DNA of 63,715 bases, filler included, from Choristocarpus tenellus KU-1152 (taxonomy: Eukaryota > Protista > Phaeophyceae), in the NCBI GenBank assembly GCA_964200185.2. It is 13 parts of 13 records of this genome, joined end to end, with 100 filler letters (N's around TTAATTAATTAA, not from the genome) between each part and the next. Parts side by side here need not be neighbours in the genome. Positions count along the whole stretch, not along the records: positions 1 to 6,271 come from CAXNAD020008516.1; positions 6,372 to 10,946 come from CAXNAD020013951.1; positions 11,047 to 18,497 come from CAXNAD020006138.1; 10 more parts are not named here. One strand, written 5' to 3'. How positions within the stretch are numbered: position 1 is the first letter of the stretch; each line of letters starts with the position of its first letter. Shown here in pieces: positions 1-11,349 of this stretch. The notes below the pieces were generated by a model. The model saw only the letters and a program-made list of their open reading frames with translations. It was not told the DNA's origin and made no database searches. The position numbers were made by a program, and so were the translations under genes.

Positions 1-97
1 CGGATTATGTAGGGGATTATGTATTGGTATTTATTCCGCATTCAACTACTTTGACATAACCCTCGACTAGGATAGGAAGCACAAATAAATAATAAAC

Positions 98-242
98 AAG
101 CAATGAGAAGACCCCACACAAAGGTCACTCTTCTAATCTTCAATCATGTAGTCACGTTCAGCAAAGGGGGTCGTGTGAGGCTTCACACCTTCATATCTTC
201 ACTACTAACAAATAGCATTACCTCCCAAGGTAATTTGCGCAC
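98..242 (-). repeat. Dispersed ~145-bp repeat, copy 1 (probable TE remnant)
   Basis: Its reverse complement aligns by eye with 50571-50710 (shared ccttgggaggtaat...aaggtgtgaagyctcacacgaccccctttgctgaac...tcttctcattgctt). Confidence 0.8.
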
Positions 243-559
243 TTATCAGTACCAGTCCGCCTGGTTGTTTGGTTGGGTCTCGATTGCATGTCACACATTG
301 GTGGGAAAATATCGGTATTCGGTGGTGGGACACAAACGGACACCACCAGTGGAGCTGCAAATGCAGTTTGGAGTAGACAACCAGACACTCAACAGCAATC
401 CACTACTAGTGGTATTGGATGGTAAGGGAATGTGTCATAGATATGTCTTCTTATCCCATTCTATTGTTCCACTCTGTGTTGCAGTGGTAGATATGCGATA
501 GTAATGGATCGATACCTACACGTGGATTGGGTAGTCAGGCATTGCCCCCCCCTTTTGTC

Positions 560-2630
560 CTCGACGTTTTGAGTCTAGCATATAGGACAAACATCGATGC
601 CAGTGTGCAGACTCCCAACCGAATATATCAACAAAGGAAACATACTCCTGTGACACATCATCTTGACACAGAGATTGTCGAACAGAACAGACATACTAAC
701 TCCGATCAACGAGATCTGATATATAGTCGAACCTTGACGACTCAATTGGAGAGTGTGGTGGTTGCAGAGAATATCCTGCCGGTAGAAACCCTGACAAACA
801 AGAACGTAGGAGGTAGTTGTAATAGCAGGCGTCAACAAACAACACTTCAGCTTCATACAGAGCATATTTGTTAGAAGCTGATTAGGAAGTACAGCCGCCC
901 TCCATAGAGAAGGTGTTACCAGTCGAGTGGTGTGCAAGCTACCAAGCCCAAACAGCCTTGATGGAGAGACTGTGAGGGGGAACGGGAGTACGATTGTGGC
1001 AACAACAATCCACAGATCTACAAAACGCTATCTTCAAACAGGTGTTGAAGGTGGGTGGTAGGCACACGGCTCTCAAGCGGGTGGCGGTGTCCATTCGCCT
1101 TGCAGGAGTGTATACTGACACCTATACGAGGACGATGGAAGCCTGAGTTCACCCAGGGGATCGAGCAGGGTTCTACCAACACCTGAAATAGTTCAAGGTG
1201 GAGAGGAACAGACAGCGTGACTCTCAACGGATCCACAACGAGCGGGGTAGGCATCTGAGAGTGCAAGGAATTATCGAAGAATGGTGGGGCAACAATTTGA
1301 GGTGTTCCTAAGTACCAAGTCAGTCAAGCTCAACCCCAATCGCGCTGAACCCATCCAACAACAATACACTTGTGCAGCACTCAAAGATGCATCAACCCTG
1401 GTGGAAGTGCCAGAAGGAATCGTACCATGGCCAATGGGCATTACAGTGGAACCAGATGATTTCTCAATATCGAGATTCTGAGAGTTGGTCTGAATGGCGA
1501 CAGTACTACCCTACGCAGTCTCCACAGGATTGTGTTGACTGTGTAGGAGGACCATAAAAACGTACTGCACGCTCGTAAGGATGCGATGGTCAAGATGCCC
1601 TACAAGAAGAAGGGTCGAACAGATTGTGGTAACAACAGAGAGGCATCTCATTCTAGTTCCTTGCCAAATTCGGAGTGCCTGGGGAGGTCAGGAACGCCCT
1701 TTGTACATAGGCTATGCTCTTGCCCCCCTTTTCTTAGGTATTTTGTTTCCTTGCGGCGGTGGTAAGCATAGCGATTGAGGAGTTCAACACTGGCCGAATC
1801 ATCTCCAAGGACCGTTGTTGTTGTCACTTAGGGAGCTGTAAGGATCAGAGGGGGTGTAACAAGAGGGAGTTGTTTGACGCTTGATCAGCGCCTGTTGGGT
1901 ATGCTTTACGTTGACGATGCTGAACATTGTGTGTCTAAGACCTAAGAAGAAAGTCTGGCCTTGAGACCGTGTCAGTGACAGTGAAGGCTACTGGGATATT
2001 CGGGCTGACCATTTCTGAGTTGAAGACAGAAACCATGCGCTTTCGACTTCCCACCTAGGATACAAACGTAATGCAGATGCGGGTTTTGGGGCAGAGGTAC
2101 ATGCAGACTAGCATAAATATGTTTCCCTTGGAGGCACCATCAGTGACGACATTGATAACTCATCACCGCTTGAGATCAGCCAACGGGTTAGAAGATGCCT
2201 TGGGCAGTTTCGAGGACCACAGGTGTATCTCTTCAGCTCAAGATTTGAGTGCTCACGGCTGAAGTACTCGAGATCTTCCTTTGACATGGTTGTGTGACAT
2301 GCACACTCCGCCAGTCCAAGTAAGCCACACTTCCATATCACCATAACAAATTCCTCCTTGATCAATATTGGATTTCGCATGTGCGGATGCATAGAGATCA
2401 CACACTGTCGTACAGAGATGCCCCTTGTGATGACTGCATTTAAAAGTCTCGAATTGACTGTGCGAAAGTGGAGGCACTTGCTCGAGGGTCAGTTGCACGC
2501 ATTGGGAATGAGCAACTACCAAGACTACCTATGTTTGGATAGCTCATGGAGGCAAGGAGTACAGAAGCGAGGTGGACAGGAGAAGCACCACCAGTGTGTG
2601 TCCCTGCGAGACGACCTTGAGGATTTTGGT
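560..2630 (+). mobile_element. Degenerate APE-type (RTE-like) non-LTR retrotransposon, ORF2 relic
   Basis: Colinear RT motifs broken by frameshifts and stops: LSTKSVKLNPN (~1308), KDAMVKMPYKKKGRTDCGNNR (1577), GMLYVDDA (YVDD at 1907-1918), FGLTISELKTETM (1999-2037), GQRYMQT..LGGTIS, HTLSYRDAL. An SDH-like endonuclease end (NSDQRDLIY) lies near 700. Confidence 0.8.
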
Positions 2631-2699
2631 AGATTATGATTGAGGGATGGAGTACAAGACCAACAAACCAACACACAGGTGATAGGAGTGTACGGCTGA

Positions 2700-2960
2700 T
2701 GGAACTAGGTGCTTAACAGACGGTCGAGTGCCAGAGATGTTGTGATAGCTGACATACGTCATGTTAAAGCAGGAGTTGAGCCAGCCCAAGGAGATCAAGG
2801 CATGCATGCGCACATCTATCTATAACTGCCTGGTGAGTGTGCTGAATGTTGTTTTTCTCGCTGGTCTCCAGGTGAGATACCGGATTTGCCCCTCCCACTT
2901 CAAGGACCCCGAAATGATGATGTTGTTAATGGCACCCTGTCTCGACTACTGGGTTCTATT
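2700..2960 (-). mobile_element. Highly degenerate Ty3/Gypsy-like reverse transcriptase fragment
   Basis: The minus strand reads GQI...RKTTFSTLT...VRM, resembling the Gypsy RT motif QI...KTAF.T..G.Y...RMP. It is heavily frameshifted. Confidence 0.35.
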
Positions 2961-3270
2961 GATCGTGCGTTGAGCGTTGAACACGAATTTTCTTGGCTAC
3001 GAGATTTGTTTCTCTTTCTTCTTCTTCCTTGTTTTTTTCTCTGTATTTTCTAAATTGTGTGGTAGAGATTCTCCTCCAACAAACCTCTTGACCACGTGTT
3101 TTGGGAACTCTCATCAAACCACTGTGAATATGGGCGGTAACATCAACAACAGAAAATAGTTGTTGTGAAAATGGCGGACAATGTCGGTAATAATCTCACA
3201 CACGACACCCTACGCGGTCAATAGTGCAAACAATCGGGCGTTGTTCTTAGGGGTCATTCCATCCCATATT

Positions 3271-3275
3271 AAAAA
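3271..3275 (-). terminator. RNA Pol III T5 terminator of the tRNA-Phe
   Basis: AAAAA on the plus strand directly abuts the tRNA discriminator base. Confidence 0.7.
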
Positions 3276-3349
3276 TGCTTCGAATGTGAGTCAAACACAT
3301 GGCCTTACGAGCTTCAGTCGTACGCTCTAACCAACTGAGCTACCGAAGC
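3276..3349 (-). tRNA. trnF-GAA: tRNA-Phe (GAA), possibly a pseudogene (T-loop TTTGA instead of TTCGA)
   Basis: Minus strand GCTTCGG-TA-GCTC-AGTTGGTTA-GAGC-G-TACGA-CT-GAA-GC-TCGTA-AGGCC-ATGTG-TTTGACT-CACAT-TCGAAGC-A. All four stems pair, G37 is present, and TTTTT (Pol III terminator) follows immediately. Confidence 0.9.
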
Positions 3350-3780
3350 TACACCGGATCTTTAATTTCTCGCCACCAACACGTATATTAACTAACGTCA
3401 ACTACTTTTGGAATATACTCTTTGTATGAATTTAATTTTGATTTTTAAGTGTAGTTGTACCATTCTGGGGTTTTCGGGTCGTAACATTTAATGGAGACAT
3501 CAGATTAAAAATATAATTTCATACTCGTGACGCCGGTCGGAAGGCCGTCCACATTAAGGTCTTGGTGTTTTCTCTCTGTTTCTTTATTTGTTTTAAGTAG
3601 CCCTCATATTGGATTCTCCAGCCGTGGATTGTAGGTGACCAAGAGTGGGAGTACTATTACTAGAATTAAAGTATAACTGTTTTGGCCTAACCCTAAACGC
3701 CAGCCTAACGTAAGACCCTAGGAATGGATGCTAAATGTAAATGTAACTCTTGTCTCCATCTTCCACCTGGCATTTCGAAT

Positions 3781-4049
3781 GTTCTGGGCGCCTATGAGAG
3801 TTGTACCTCCTCGTGGGCTTCTGATCCAGTGGCAGTCGTTTTGAAGTAGAGTAGATGGTTCGTGTATGCCTTCTTGCAGTACTTCTGGACGAGTCGAACA
3901 CTCTTCCTATCCTCAGCTGGTTTCAAACTAAAAGAAACGTTTTTTTGGATTCCGTCCAAAGAATAGGTGCATTGCTGTCGTAGCCAGTGCTTTGCTTGAC
4001 TCCACACATGCTCAATGGGGTTGAGCTTACTGTGATACTTTGGGAGCAT
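3781..4049 (-). pseudogene. IS630/Tc1-mariner-like DDE transposase, C-terminal relic
   Basis: MLPKYHSKLNPIEHVWSQAKHWLRQQCTYSLDG matches the (F)LPK(F/Y)HCELNPIE-W--AK motif carrying the catalytic E of DDE_3/IS630-like transposases. A frameshifted terminal YNSHRR follows. Confidence 0.8.
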
Positions 4050-4539
4050 CAGGCATACTTCTCCGTGTTACAGCATGCCCCTCAGAACTCACCTTAACAG
4101 GATGTACAACTCAAATCCAACGACCTTAAAACGACGCTATGGGGTCATTGTCCTCCTCGATAACAGTTTGTAGGGTGTCAGGGGTCCTTCTCTTCTTGAT
4201 ATTCCACTCAGTGCTTAGCTCAAAGCTCGACTCAAAGTTTCGTTCAAGATAAAAGATTAGACTGGAGGCAAGTGGGACGGCTTTTGCCAAAATCCCTCTT
4301 ATAATTTTCATCATCCACCCAATTTCTTTGGTCGTCTATGCATCTGTTCTACACATGCTCCAATCATAAACCTTTCTTCTGCAACTTCTGAGGAACTTTG
4401 ACATTTTCTTCTGTAATGTTACGTATGCATTCCGAATCTTAATCTGTATCTTCTACGAAATCATCATTTATTCTGTAAAGCTATCTATGTGTTACTAATA
4501 TCGTATATTGTTCGCAATTGTTAGAATGCGAGAAACAAT

Positions 4540-6059
4540 CCTCACACTATACGTCTGTTTCAAATGTTCGTGTTTTCTAAAGCATGGGAAGAAATGCTCG
4601 CGCTATTTGCCTGTAACATCCGTACCTCCCGACAAGAACCTGAAGACTAGGAACTACCTCGTTGAATTCCCTCTGCTCTCCAAGCACATGCAACATGGTT
4701 TGGCTTTGGTTGTGCTTCTCTGCCTTCACCTTTTCCTTCGTCAATTCCGGGTTGTAACAGTCCTCTTTCCAACAAAATTTTTCGCATCCCCTTAAGCTTC
4801 CATAACATAGTCGATGGCTACCTCGACCTGCTTCGTGACCTCTTCAAAGTTTAGGATTTGGAGTGAAAGTATCTTAGAGGGTACGAGTTTTGCCCTGTTC
4901 GTCCGTTTGGGGCTTGGCTTCCCACAGTTTTTTTGTGACATTTTACTTCTCTGAAATTATTCGTAGTAAGTAAAATGTAAAGTTTTTGGAGTAGGTATGA
5001 TGTGCATGTCCAGAACAAGGGATATTGACACTTCCTAACAAACACGATAGCCAATATTACATCGAAATCGCATCATTGGATTTTGACCCCCAAAAGGACG
5101 CGGCTCTACCCCCTTCAAGATAGTTTGACTCTTGGTGGTAGCGAAAGGTTTCCGCAGCTGCCTTTGTTACGATCGCTTCCTCCTCCACCTTGCCAGCCAT
5201 TTCGACCTTCCTTCAGGCCTCAGTGCCCTTGTACCCCAACCCTAACACTTTCTTTCTTGTTTCCTTAACCCAATTTGGCTCGCATACCTCCCAAACAGCC
5301 AGGGCCTGCTGCAACTGTCGACTACTAATATATTCTACACCCGGATTTTCGCTTAGGCGTTTCCTGAGCGCAATGGCATGCAGTTGCACTTCTCTCCTCT
5401 CCAAACTTCCCTTCAGGTGGCCACCCGGGTTCTCCCCTCGCCTGCCATGACCAGGCTTCACCACAGACTTCGTCCCTGTACCACCTGGTGATGGACTCGC
5501 TGCTCTCTTCCTGCTTTACTTAAGCAGCAGAGATTGTGGAATAGTGCTCCGACATGGTTGAAGATCCAACCACGTTTGTATGGTGATGTTTTCCATGCAT
5601 CTTCCCTCAGCATCAGTGTCGTGGCTGCGTGGTCCATTGCGCGATTTGATTATGCTGCTGCCCCACAGTACACGCAATTTCTTGTCACCTAACATCGCAC
5701 TGAGTATCACATGGTACTTGTTTTTCTGTCACCTCTTGACAGAGAAGGTGTCGAGGCTAGATCCAGGGAGCAGAGTGGCCTTGGCGGCTCTCCTTGTCTC
5801 ACTGTCATGGTCCATGATGTTGCTGTGTGGGTCACCCGTGTGGTGCTCACAGCCTGTCTGCAAATGGTGTAAAAAAGATGTCCGCAAATCTTGCTCTCTT
5901 TTTTTTACGGTGTTGCCACACACGCCTTATTCGGGCAGCGGCCTAATCCGCATCAGATTGTTGCTGGGAATTCAGTCAACCACTTCATTTTTGTACCTTT
6001 TGAGATCGTGACTATCAAAATTGCGCCGGAGATGCTCCTCCGCGTTTTTGCGATTATTT
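4540..6059 (-). mobile_element. 5' part of a repeated element (probably the same IS630/Tc1-like transposon), interrupted by a MITE at 4861-5131
   Basis: 4811-4860 plus 5132-6059 is colinear with 59126-60090. It carries broken minus-strand ORFs in the same orientation as, and upstream of, the transposase C-terminus at 3781-4049. Confidence 0.65.
4861..5131 (+). mobile_element. MITE family A, full length
   Basis: TIRs GAGTGAAAGTATCTTAGAGGGTA ... TACCCCCTTCAAGATAGTTTGACTC, flanked by TTG/TTG. The empty site is visible in the paralogue near 59170-59185. Confidence 0.9.
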
Positions 6060-6227
6060 AGCTAAAAGTATCTGGGAGGGGGTGGCTGGTGTCCATTTGG
6101 GGGTAATTAGTTCATATCGCGACTTTTGGGTGATTTGGTTGGATACGTCGGATGGATAATGTAAATGCACTTTCCCGATTTTGGTCCAAATGGACACCCT
6201 GGTGTAGAACCCCCCCCCCCCCCCCCC
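6060..6227 (+). mobile_element. MITE family B, ending in its poly-C tract near the contig end
   Basis: AAAGTATCTGGGAGGGGG...GTCCATTTGG...CCAAATGGACACCCTGGTGTAGA+poly-C, homologous to 51282-51461 and 41321-41501. Confidence 0.85.
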
Positions 6228-6271
6228 TAATTGTTGGTGTTTTTGTAGGGGAGGGTGTTCATTGACAACGG

Positions 6272-6371
6272 NNNNNNNNNNNNNNNNNNNNNNNNNNNNN
6301 NNNNNNNNNNNNNNNTTAATTAATTAANNNNNNNNNNNNNNNNNNNNNNNNNNNNNNNNNNNNNNNNNNNN
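6272..6371. other. Artificial contig spacer (44 N + TTAATTAATTAA + 44 N), first of 12
   Basis: The same 100-nt linker, with stops in all six frames, also occurs at 10947-11046, 18498-18597, 22182-22281, 25188-25287, 28398-28497, 31002-31101, 38728-38827, 41517-41616, 45050-45149, 49397-49496 and 61007-61106. Adjacency across these gaps is not biological. Confidence 0.99.
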
Positions 6372-6528
6372 GTGTCGACATTTTGCCTCCTGCACCCTGC
6401 CACTGGGCACCTGTTTGATAGGGCCTCCTCCCTCCCTAGGGATCTGCTGACTGTGAGATTAAATTCTAGAGATGGGATCTGGCATGCTGGTTCTAGAGGT
6501 TGAGTCGAGGCCCAGGCGTTTGCCCCTT
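6372..6528 (-). mobile_element. Fragment of the CRE-like RLE non-LTR retrotransposon (second copy)
   Basis: Its reverse complement matches about 58635-58790 (ggggcaaaygc...accagcat...cagcagatccctagggaggga...ggtgcaggaggcaaaa). Confidence 0.8.
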
Positions 6529-7316
6529 ATCTACACTGGCTATTGTTTTATAGTAGGTGTAGTCGTCTATCTTTATTTTTACATTTGGTGATATGGAACT
6601 CGGTACAATATTACCGACTGTATGAAATGTATATCTGTGAAAATAATGTAATCTGCAAAATGTCAGAGGGCATAATAATATATATATATTAGAAGGCATA
6701 ATTAATAAATTAATAAATTAATAATATAATACGGTCATAGTTTCCATGGATTACGTATTGGATGAGAGACGACCGTACACACCGTATTATCGAGAGGGAC
6801 AGAATATCTGGAACTTGAAACACAACATCTGTCCTTTGTGGTCCAAACAACATCTCCTGCTTCTTATCCAGGTGAGTTGTTGGTATTCGGATTAGGAGAC
6901 TCCTGATTATACAGTGCCCATATGGCCTCATTTTCATCCTTTAGCTAATAAACGATCCTGTAAAATGGGGGGAGATGGCTCGTCTATTAAACTCAACCCA
7001 CACGATCACGAGATGTTGCCCAACCCAGGTTTATCCACGGAATTCATTTTGCCGAAGTGGATAGAGCATGTAGGGGATCTTCTGTTGAATGTTTTTTCCT
7101 ATCATCTCTCTTTCACCTAATATGAGCATGAGTGGGCGAAGGAAAGTCTCGGACCTCTTGTCGTGTCCTAGGTTATCTAGCTGCGGTGATTCTGGACAAA
7201 GGTAGATTATGTTGAGGGTGCCGCAGATCAAGTGACGATTATGTTATGCCAATGGATCTTTGTACATAGGCAGGTGCCACGTAGGTCCCACAAGGGCTGT
7301 TCTGCCCCATCTTGGC

Positions 7317-10300
7317 ATGTCCCCTGGTCCTGACACCCAAGACAGCGACGTCTTCGCGCAGACGATGGAGAGCAGCTTGCCTGTCGTTACGCCTGGATCA
7401 AAGGCCGAGGTTCCTCACACCCTCGCCGATAATCCCTACCTTCTGGTTCTAAATAAGAAGACACGCGCGCTGAAGAAGAAATTAGAGAAGATAAAAAAGA
7501 CAGAGACACTTGTCGCATCTGGAAAGGTAAGCTCAACATTCAATCAAGATCGTTCCTTTTTCTGGCCTACAGCTTTAGCTCGATCGGGCTGTGGACTAAG
7601 AGAAATGCCCTCTCCCAAGAAATACGCACACACAGGAGCGCGTTCTGCTGATCTCCTTGCACTGATGTACTCTCTGCACTCCTTGTCCTCCCCCTAAATA
7701 GTCTTACTTCTTCAATGTCTTGCCCACACAACAGACGCTCAATGAGGAGCAAAAGGTTCTCTTAGCAGGGAGATCCAACTTGGAGTGTGCACTAAAGGAG
7801 CATGAGCGCGTCCGTGGTCTCCTTGAAGAGGTAGCTAAGGAGGAAGTTGCCTGCAAGAAGGATGAAGCTCCTGACCCTCCTGTTGTTCCAGAGGAGTCCC
7901 TGGGCCTTGCCATACTCAATCGATCCAACCCTGATCTCACAGTGGAGGGAGGATCAGCGCCGGAGATACTTTCGGTGTGTGTTGGCACAGAAACTGAAAT
8001 GTTACAGGGTACAGAGGTGGCTGCACAAACAGATATTTCGGGACCAATGCCTCCTGCAGGTATGGACCCAGGTGAGGTGGCAGAGGCTACTGCTGTAGCT
8101 GTCTCAACAGCAAAAGCGGCAGCTGTGGTGGAGGGGAGAGAAAAGATGAGGTCAGGAGTAAGGAAACTGCTACGTCTCCTCCATGTGACCAGCCGATTTG
8201 AGGCAAGGGGAGAGCAATTGCCTTCTGAGGTAGACTTCTTTTCCAAGGTGAATTTGATGATGCTGTTCGTGCACCAATTGTATTGTGTCTTTTTCCATGT
8301 CTACCTTCTGTGTTGTGTATTTTCTTCTTGTTACTGAAGCCTATGTAAGCTACCTATAGGTATTTTTTGTTACATCTTTGGTCTCTTTTTGAAGATACGC
8401 TCAATGCAAGACTGCATGTTATGATTTTTTGTGGGAAGGGTTGCTTTGTCTCAGGTGTTTTTATATTTTGCAAAGTTGTGTTTATGACAGTGGTAGATGG
8501 ACTCTTGTTATTGTCTTTTGCACTGCGGTGCCATCATCACAACTAAAGTTGTATTTTCATTGGGTTGTTCATGTATTTTCCTGCAAACAATCAGTGTTAT
8601 GGATCCCAACCATTGAATCACTACGATTCACTTATTTCAAATATATGAATGTCAGAATTAGAGGGTTTAGATTTGATTGGTCAATTTCTTGGGTGTATGC
8701 CCGCTGCATACTCCACTCAGTTTTCATTGCAGCACCCAGCGCTTCGCACGCGTTGCTTCTCTTGTTGCATGCAAGTGTCAATTCCTATAGAATATATAGA
8801 ATGTTTTTGAGCCAACTTGATCTATACTCACCAAACATTTGGATTCACAACATTTCAATCAATTTAATGTGCCTTTTAATGGAATGTACAACTCTGGCAG
8901 GTCCTCCTTGGTAAAACAGTCCTGCCTGATGAGGCTGACTTTGAGAGCTGTCTTGAACAGAGTACAGAGAAGGCTATCTATTACCTGGGAGACTGTGATG
9001 GAATGAGGGAGGTGGCACGGGGTCTGACATTCCAACGGTTGGAAGAGGTAGTTTCTGGACTCTCAGCACAGGAAGCTGCTAGCCCCCCTGTTGCTGGCCC
9101 TGGCAACTTTACAGGACCTGTCTTCGACTTCTTTGCAGATGGATCTAAGCATCACAAGCAGCTTCTTGGGGAACCTGCCAGGCATGCCGTGCCCCACAGG
9201 ACAAATCCACCACGATTTTCGACTGAGGGGAATGTGTCATTGCCCTCGCAGCTGCCCATATCTCAGGCTGTGTCACAATCCCAGCAAGGCAATACCTCGG
9301 CCCGGCCCCCAACCCAGGCATCCTCTCTGCAGACAGGGGGTGGTGGTAGTGGGCCACACTTCCCACCTGAGCATGCACCTAACCACGCGCTGGTCCGTGG
9401 TGGGGGCATGGCACCAAGGACTGAGAGGGAACAGCAGCAGCAGGTGGCTCACCAGATGCATGCAGAACCCCGAGGAATACGACTTTCTCTTCCACCTACT
9501 AGCCATGAGGTGACAGGGTCTTGCCCTCCCCCAGCAAATGGACTGCAAGCATCTGAAATGGAAGAGGGTATGTTGGCACCTGTAGTTGCCAAGAGCAGTC
9601 ACCAGGTCAATGGTGCTGCAGAAAGTGCTGCAGCAGGGGGTCCTTTGAGGCGGGAGGCACAGGTCCAGCCACGGGATCGACGATCAAAACGCCCTCCTCA
9701 ACCTCCACCGCCTCCAACCCCTGCTCCAGCCCCAACCGCTGTGGCCCAGCAGCTCCCTGGATCTACCCAGCACCACCATGTACCACAAAGTCAACTCCGA
9801 GAACAACCGCCACTGCCATTGCAACATCATTCCTATAACCCACAGGTGCACCAGACTCCCTTCCAGCAACAACACCAACAGCTACCACAGACATCTGTGC
9901 CTACAGCACAAACGCATAGCCAGGGGCAAGGAGAAAGGTCAGCCCATGAACATAGTCAAGGCCAAGATGACCTGACAGGAAGACAACCTATGCAAACACA
10001 GACCCCTCCTATCCCTGAGCCTGTGTTAGAGAATGGTGTTGAATCCACAGTGGTCCCCAACACCCAAGGGTATAGTGGCCAGTGGGGATACTCACCCTCC
10101 ACACCCTTGCCACACCAAACTTTACCACAACAGCAACAGCAGCAGCAGCAGCAGCAGCAGCACATCCCTGGCCTCCATCATAGCCAGGCTCAGCACCCTC
10201 CTGTGCCCGTGCACATGGAACAGACAGGTCCCGGAGCACCCTGGGGTAATCTCGCAACACCCCCTCAACAAATGGCACGTTCAGGGCTGCAGCAATTGGG

Positions 10301-10772
10301 AGTAGATGTTGGATCTGCTGGTCTAATCACTGGCCCAAGCCTCAGCCCAAATGGTGGGCATGGGCATCAGCTCTTGTCAACCTCCGTGCCGAATGGTGCT
10401 GTTGCTGACTCGGTGACATCCAATATGGTCTCTCCTGGACAATGGGGGAATATGCCAAGTGGAGATCTACCACATCCTAATGCCCTGGGGCGAACTGCCC
10501 AGGAGTTGAACCGCCCAATGACAAGCCCATGGATGGGACATGCTCTACCACAGGCTCAACCACAGGAGGTGGTCACCCAAGCAGAAAGTATCAAGGTAGG
10601 GGGTGTGATCAAGGGGGCACAAAGTCCTGAGAAGGGAAAGTCCACACCTGCTACCCACTTTGACGGACTAGCTCACACTCACCAAGCAGAAAATAAGGAA
10701 GAGGCTCAAGGTGTGTCAAATGAGCACACCCATGTACCACTGCAAACCCAGGCTGGGGGTCAGCTCTCAGAG
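7317..10772 (+). CDS. Caprin-1-like protein with N-terminal coiled coil and long Q/P/G-rich low-complexity region; 3' incomplete
   Basis: Phase-compatible exons 7317 (or 7365)-7526 (AAG|GTAAGC), 7735-8247 (CAG|...AAG|GTGAAT) and 8901-10772 (CAG|...GAG|GTGAGG). Joined, they give NPYLLVLNKKTRALKKKLEKIKKTE..SGK|TLNEEQKVLL, like the Caprin HR1 KKxRxLxKK...GxxLNxxQ motif. The exon structure is firmer than the family call. Confidence 0.7.
10128..10160 (+). repeat. CAA/CAG repeat encoding Q11 in the Caprin-like exon
   Basis: caacagcaacag(cag)7, in frame with ORF 9003-10802. Confidence 0.95.
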
Positions 10773-10878
10773 GTGAGGGTGGAGGTTACCATGAGTGGGT
10801 GAAATGTTGGATTAAAAATGGCGATGGAAGCAGTTTCAGAGTAGTTACAGAGGATCTCTTTCTACATGCTTCCCCCCG

Positions 10879-10912
<34 letters not shown>

Positions 10913-11131
10913 ATCCCCACCAGTAAATCTTTTTTTTTTTTTTATTNNNNNNNNNNNNNNNNNNNNNNNNNNNNNNNNNNNNNNNNNNNNTTAATTAATT
11001 AANNNNNNNNNNNNNNNNNNNNNNNNNNNNNNNNNNNNNNNNNNNNGGTCCACCTACATTTTCTTACAAATAGGGGGTTTGGTTATAGAAACACGAAGAG
11101 CTTACCGGGGGCGGCTACGGGTCGCTCGGTA

Positions 11132-11349
11132 CAGTTACGAAAAATTCGCTCCTTCCCTGCAAAAAATCCAGGGGGTCTACCTACGCAGTTGTTACGTGTG
11201 CAGCAAAAACCATGGATGTAGTTACGGTTGGTCTGTACATGAGGTCTGTACATGAGCCCTACTGTTTGAAGCCTACAACCAGACTGTCAGCAGCAGCAGA
11301 GATAAGAGATACCGGAAAACTGCGCACACCTGTCAAAATTCCGTAACTG
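11132..11349. mobile_element. Putative Tc1/mariner-type MITE (218 bp, TA target duplication)
   Basis: TA|CAGTTACGAAAAATT ... AAAATTCCGTAACTG|TA. CAG...CTG ends with TA flanks are typical of Tc1/mariner/pogo derivatives. Confidence 0.55.

Noticed and set aside
6316-6327. TTAATTAATTAA palindrome repeated 12 times
   Set aside because: It is always centred in N runs, so it is an artificial six-frame stop linker. ORFs running into X residues are artefacts.
6710-7230. Possible hAT transposase dimerisation-domain relic (LLIRIPTT...)
   Set aside because: The similarity is too weak and fragmentary to support by eye.
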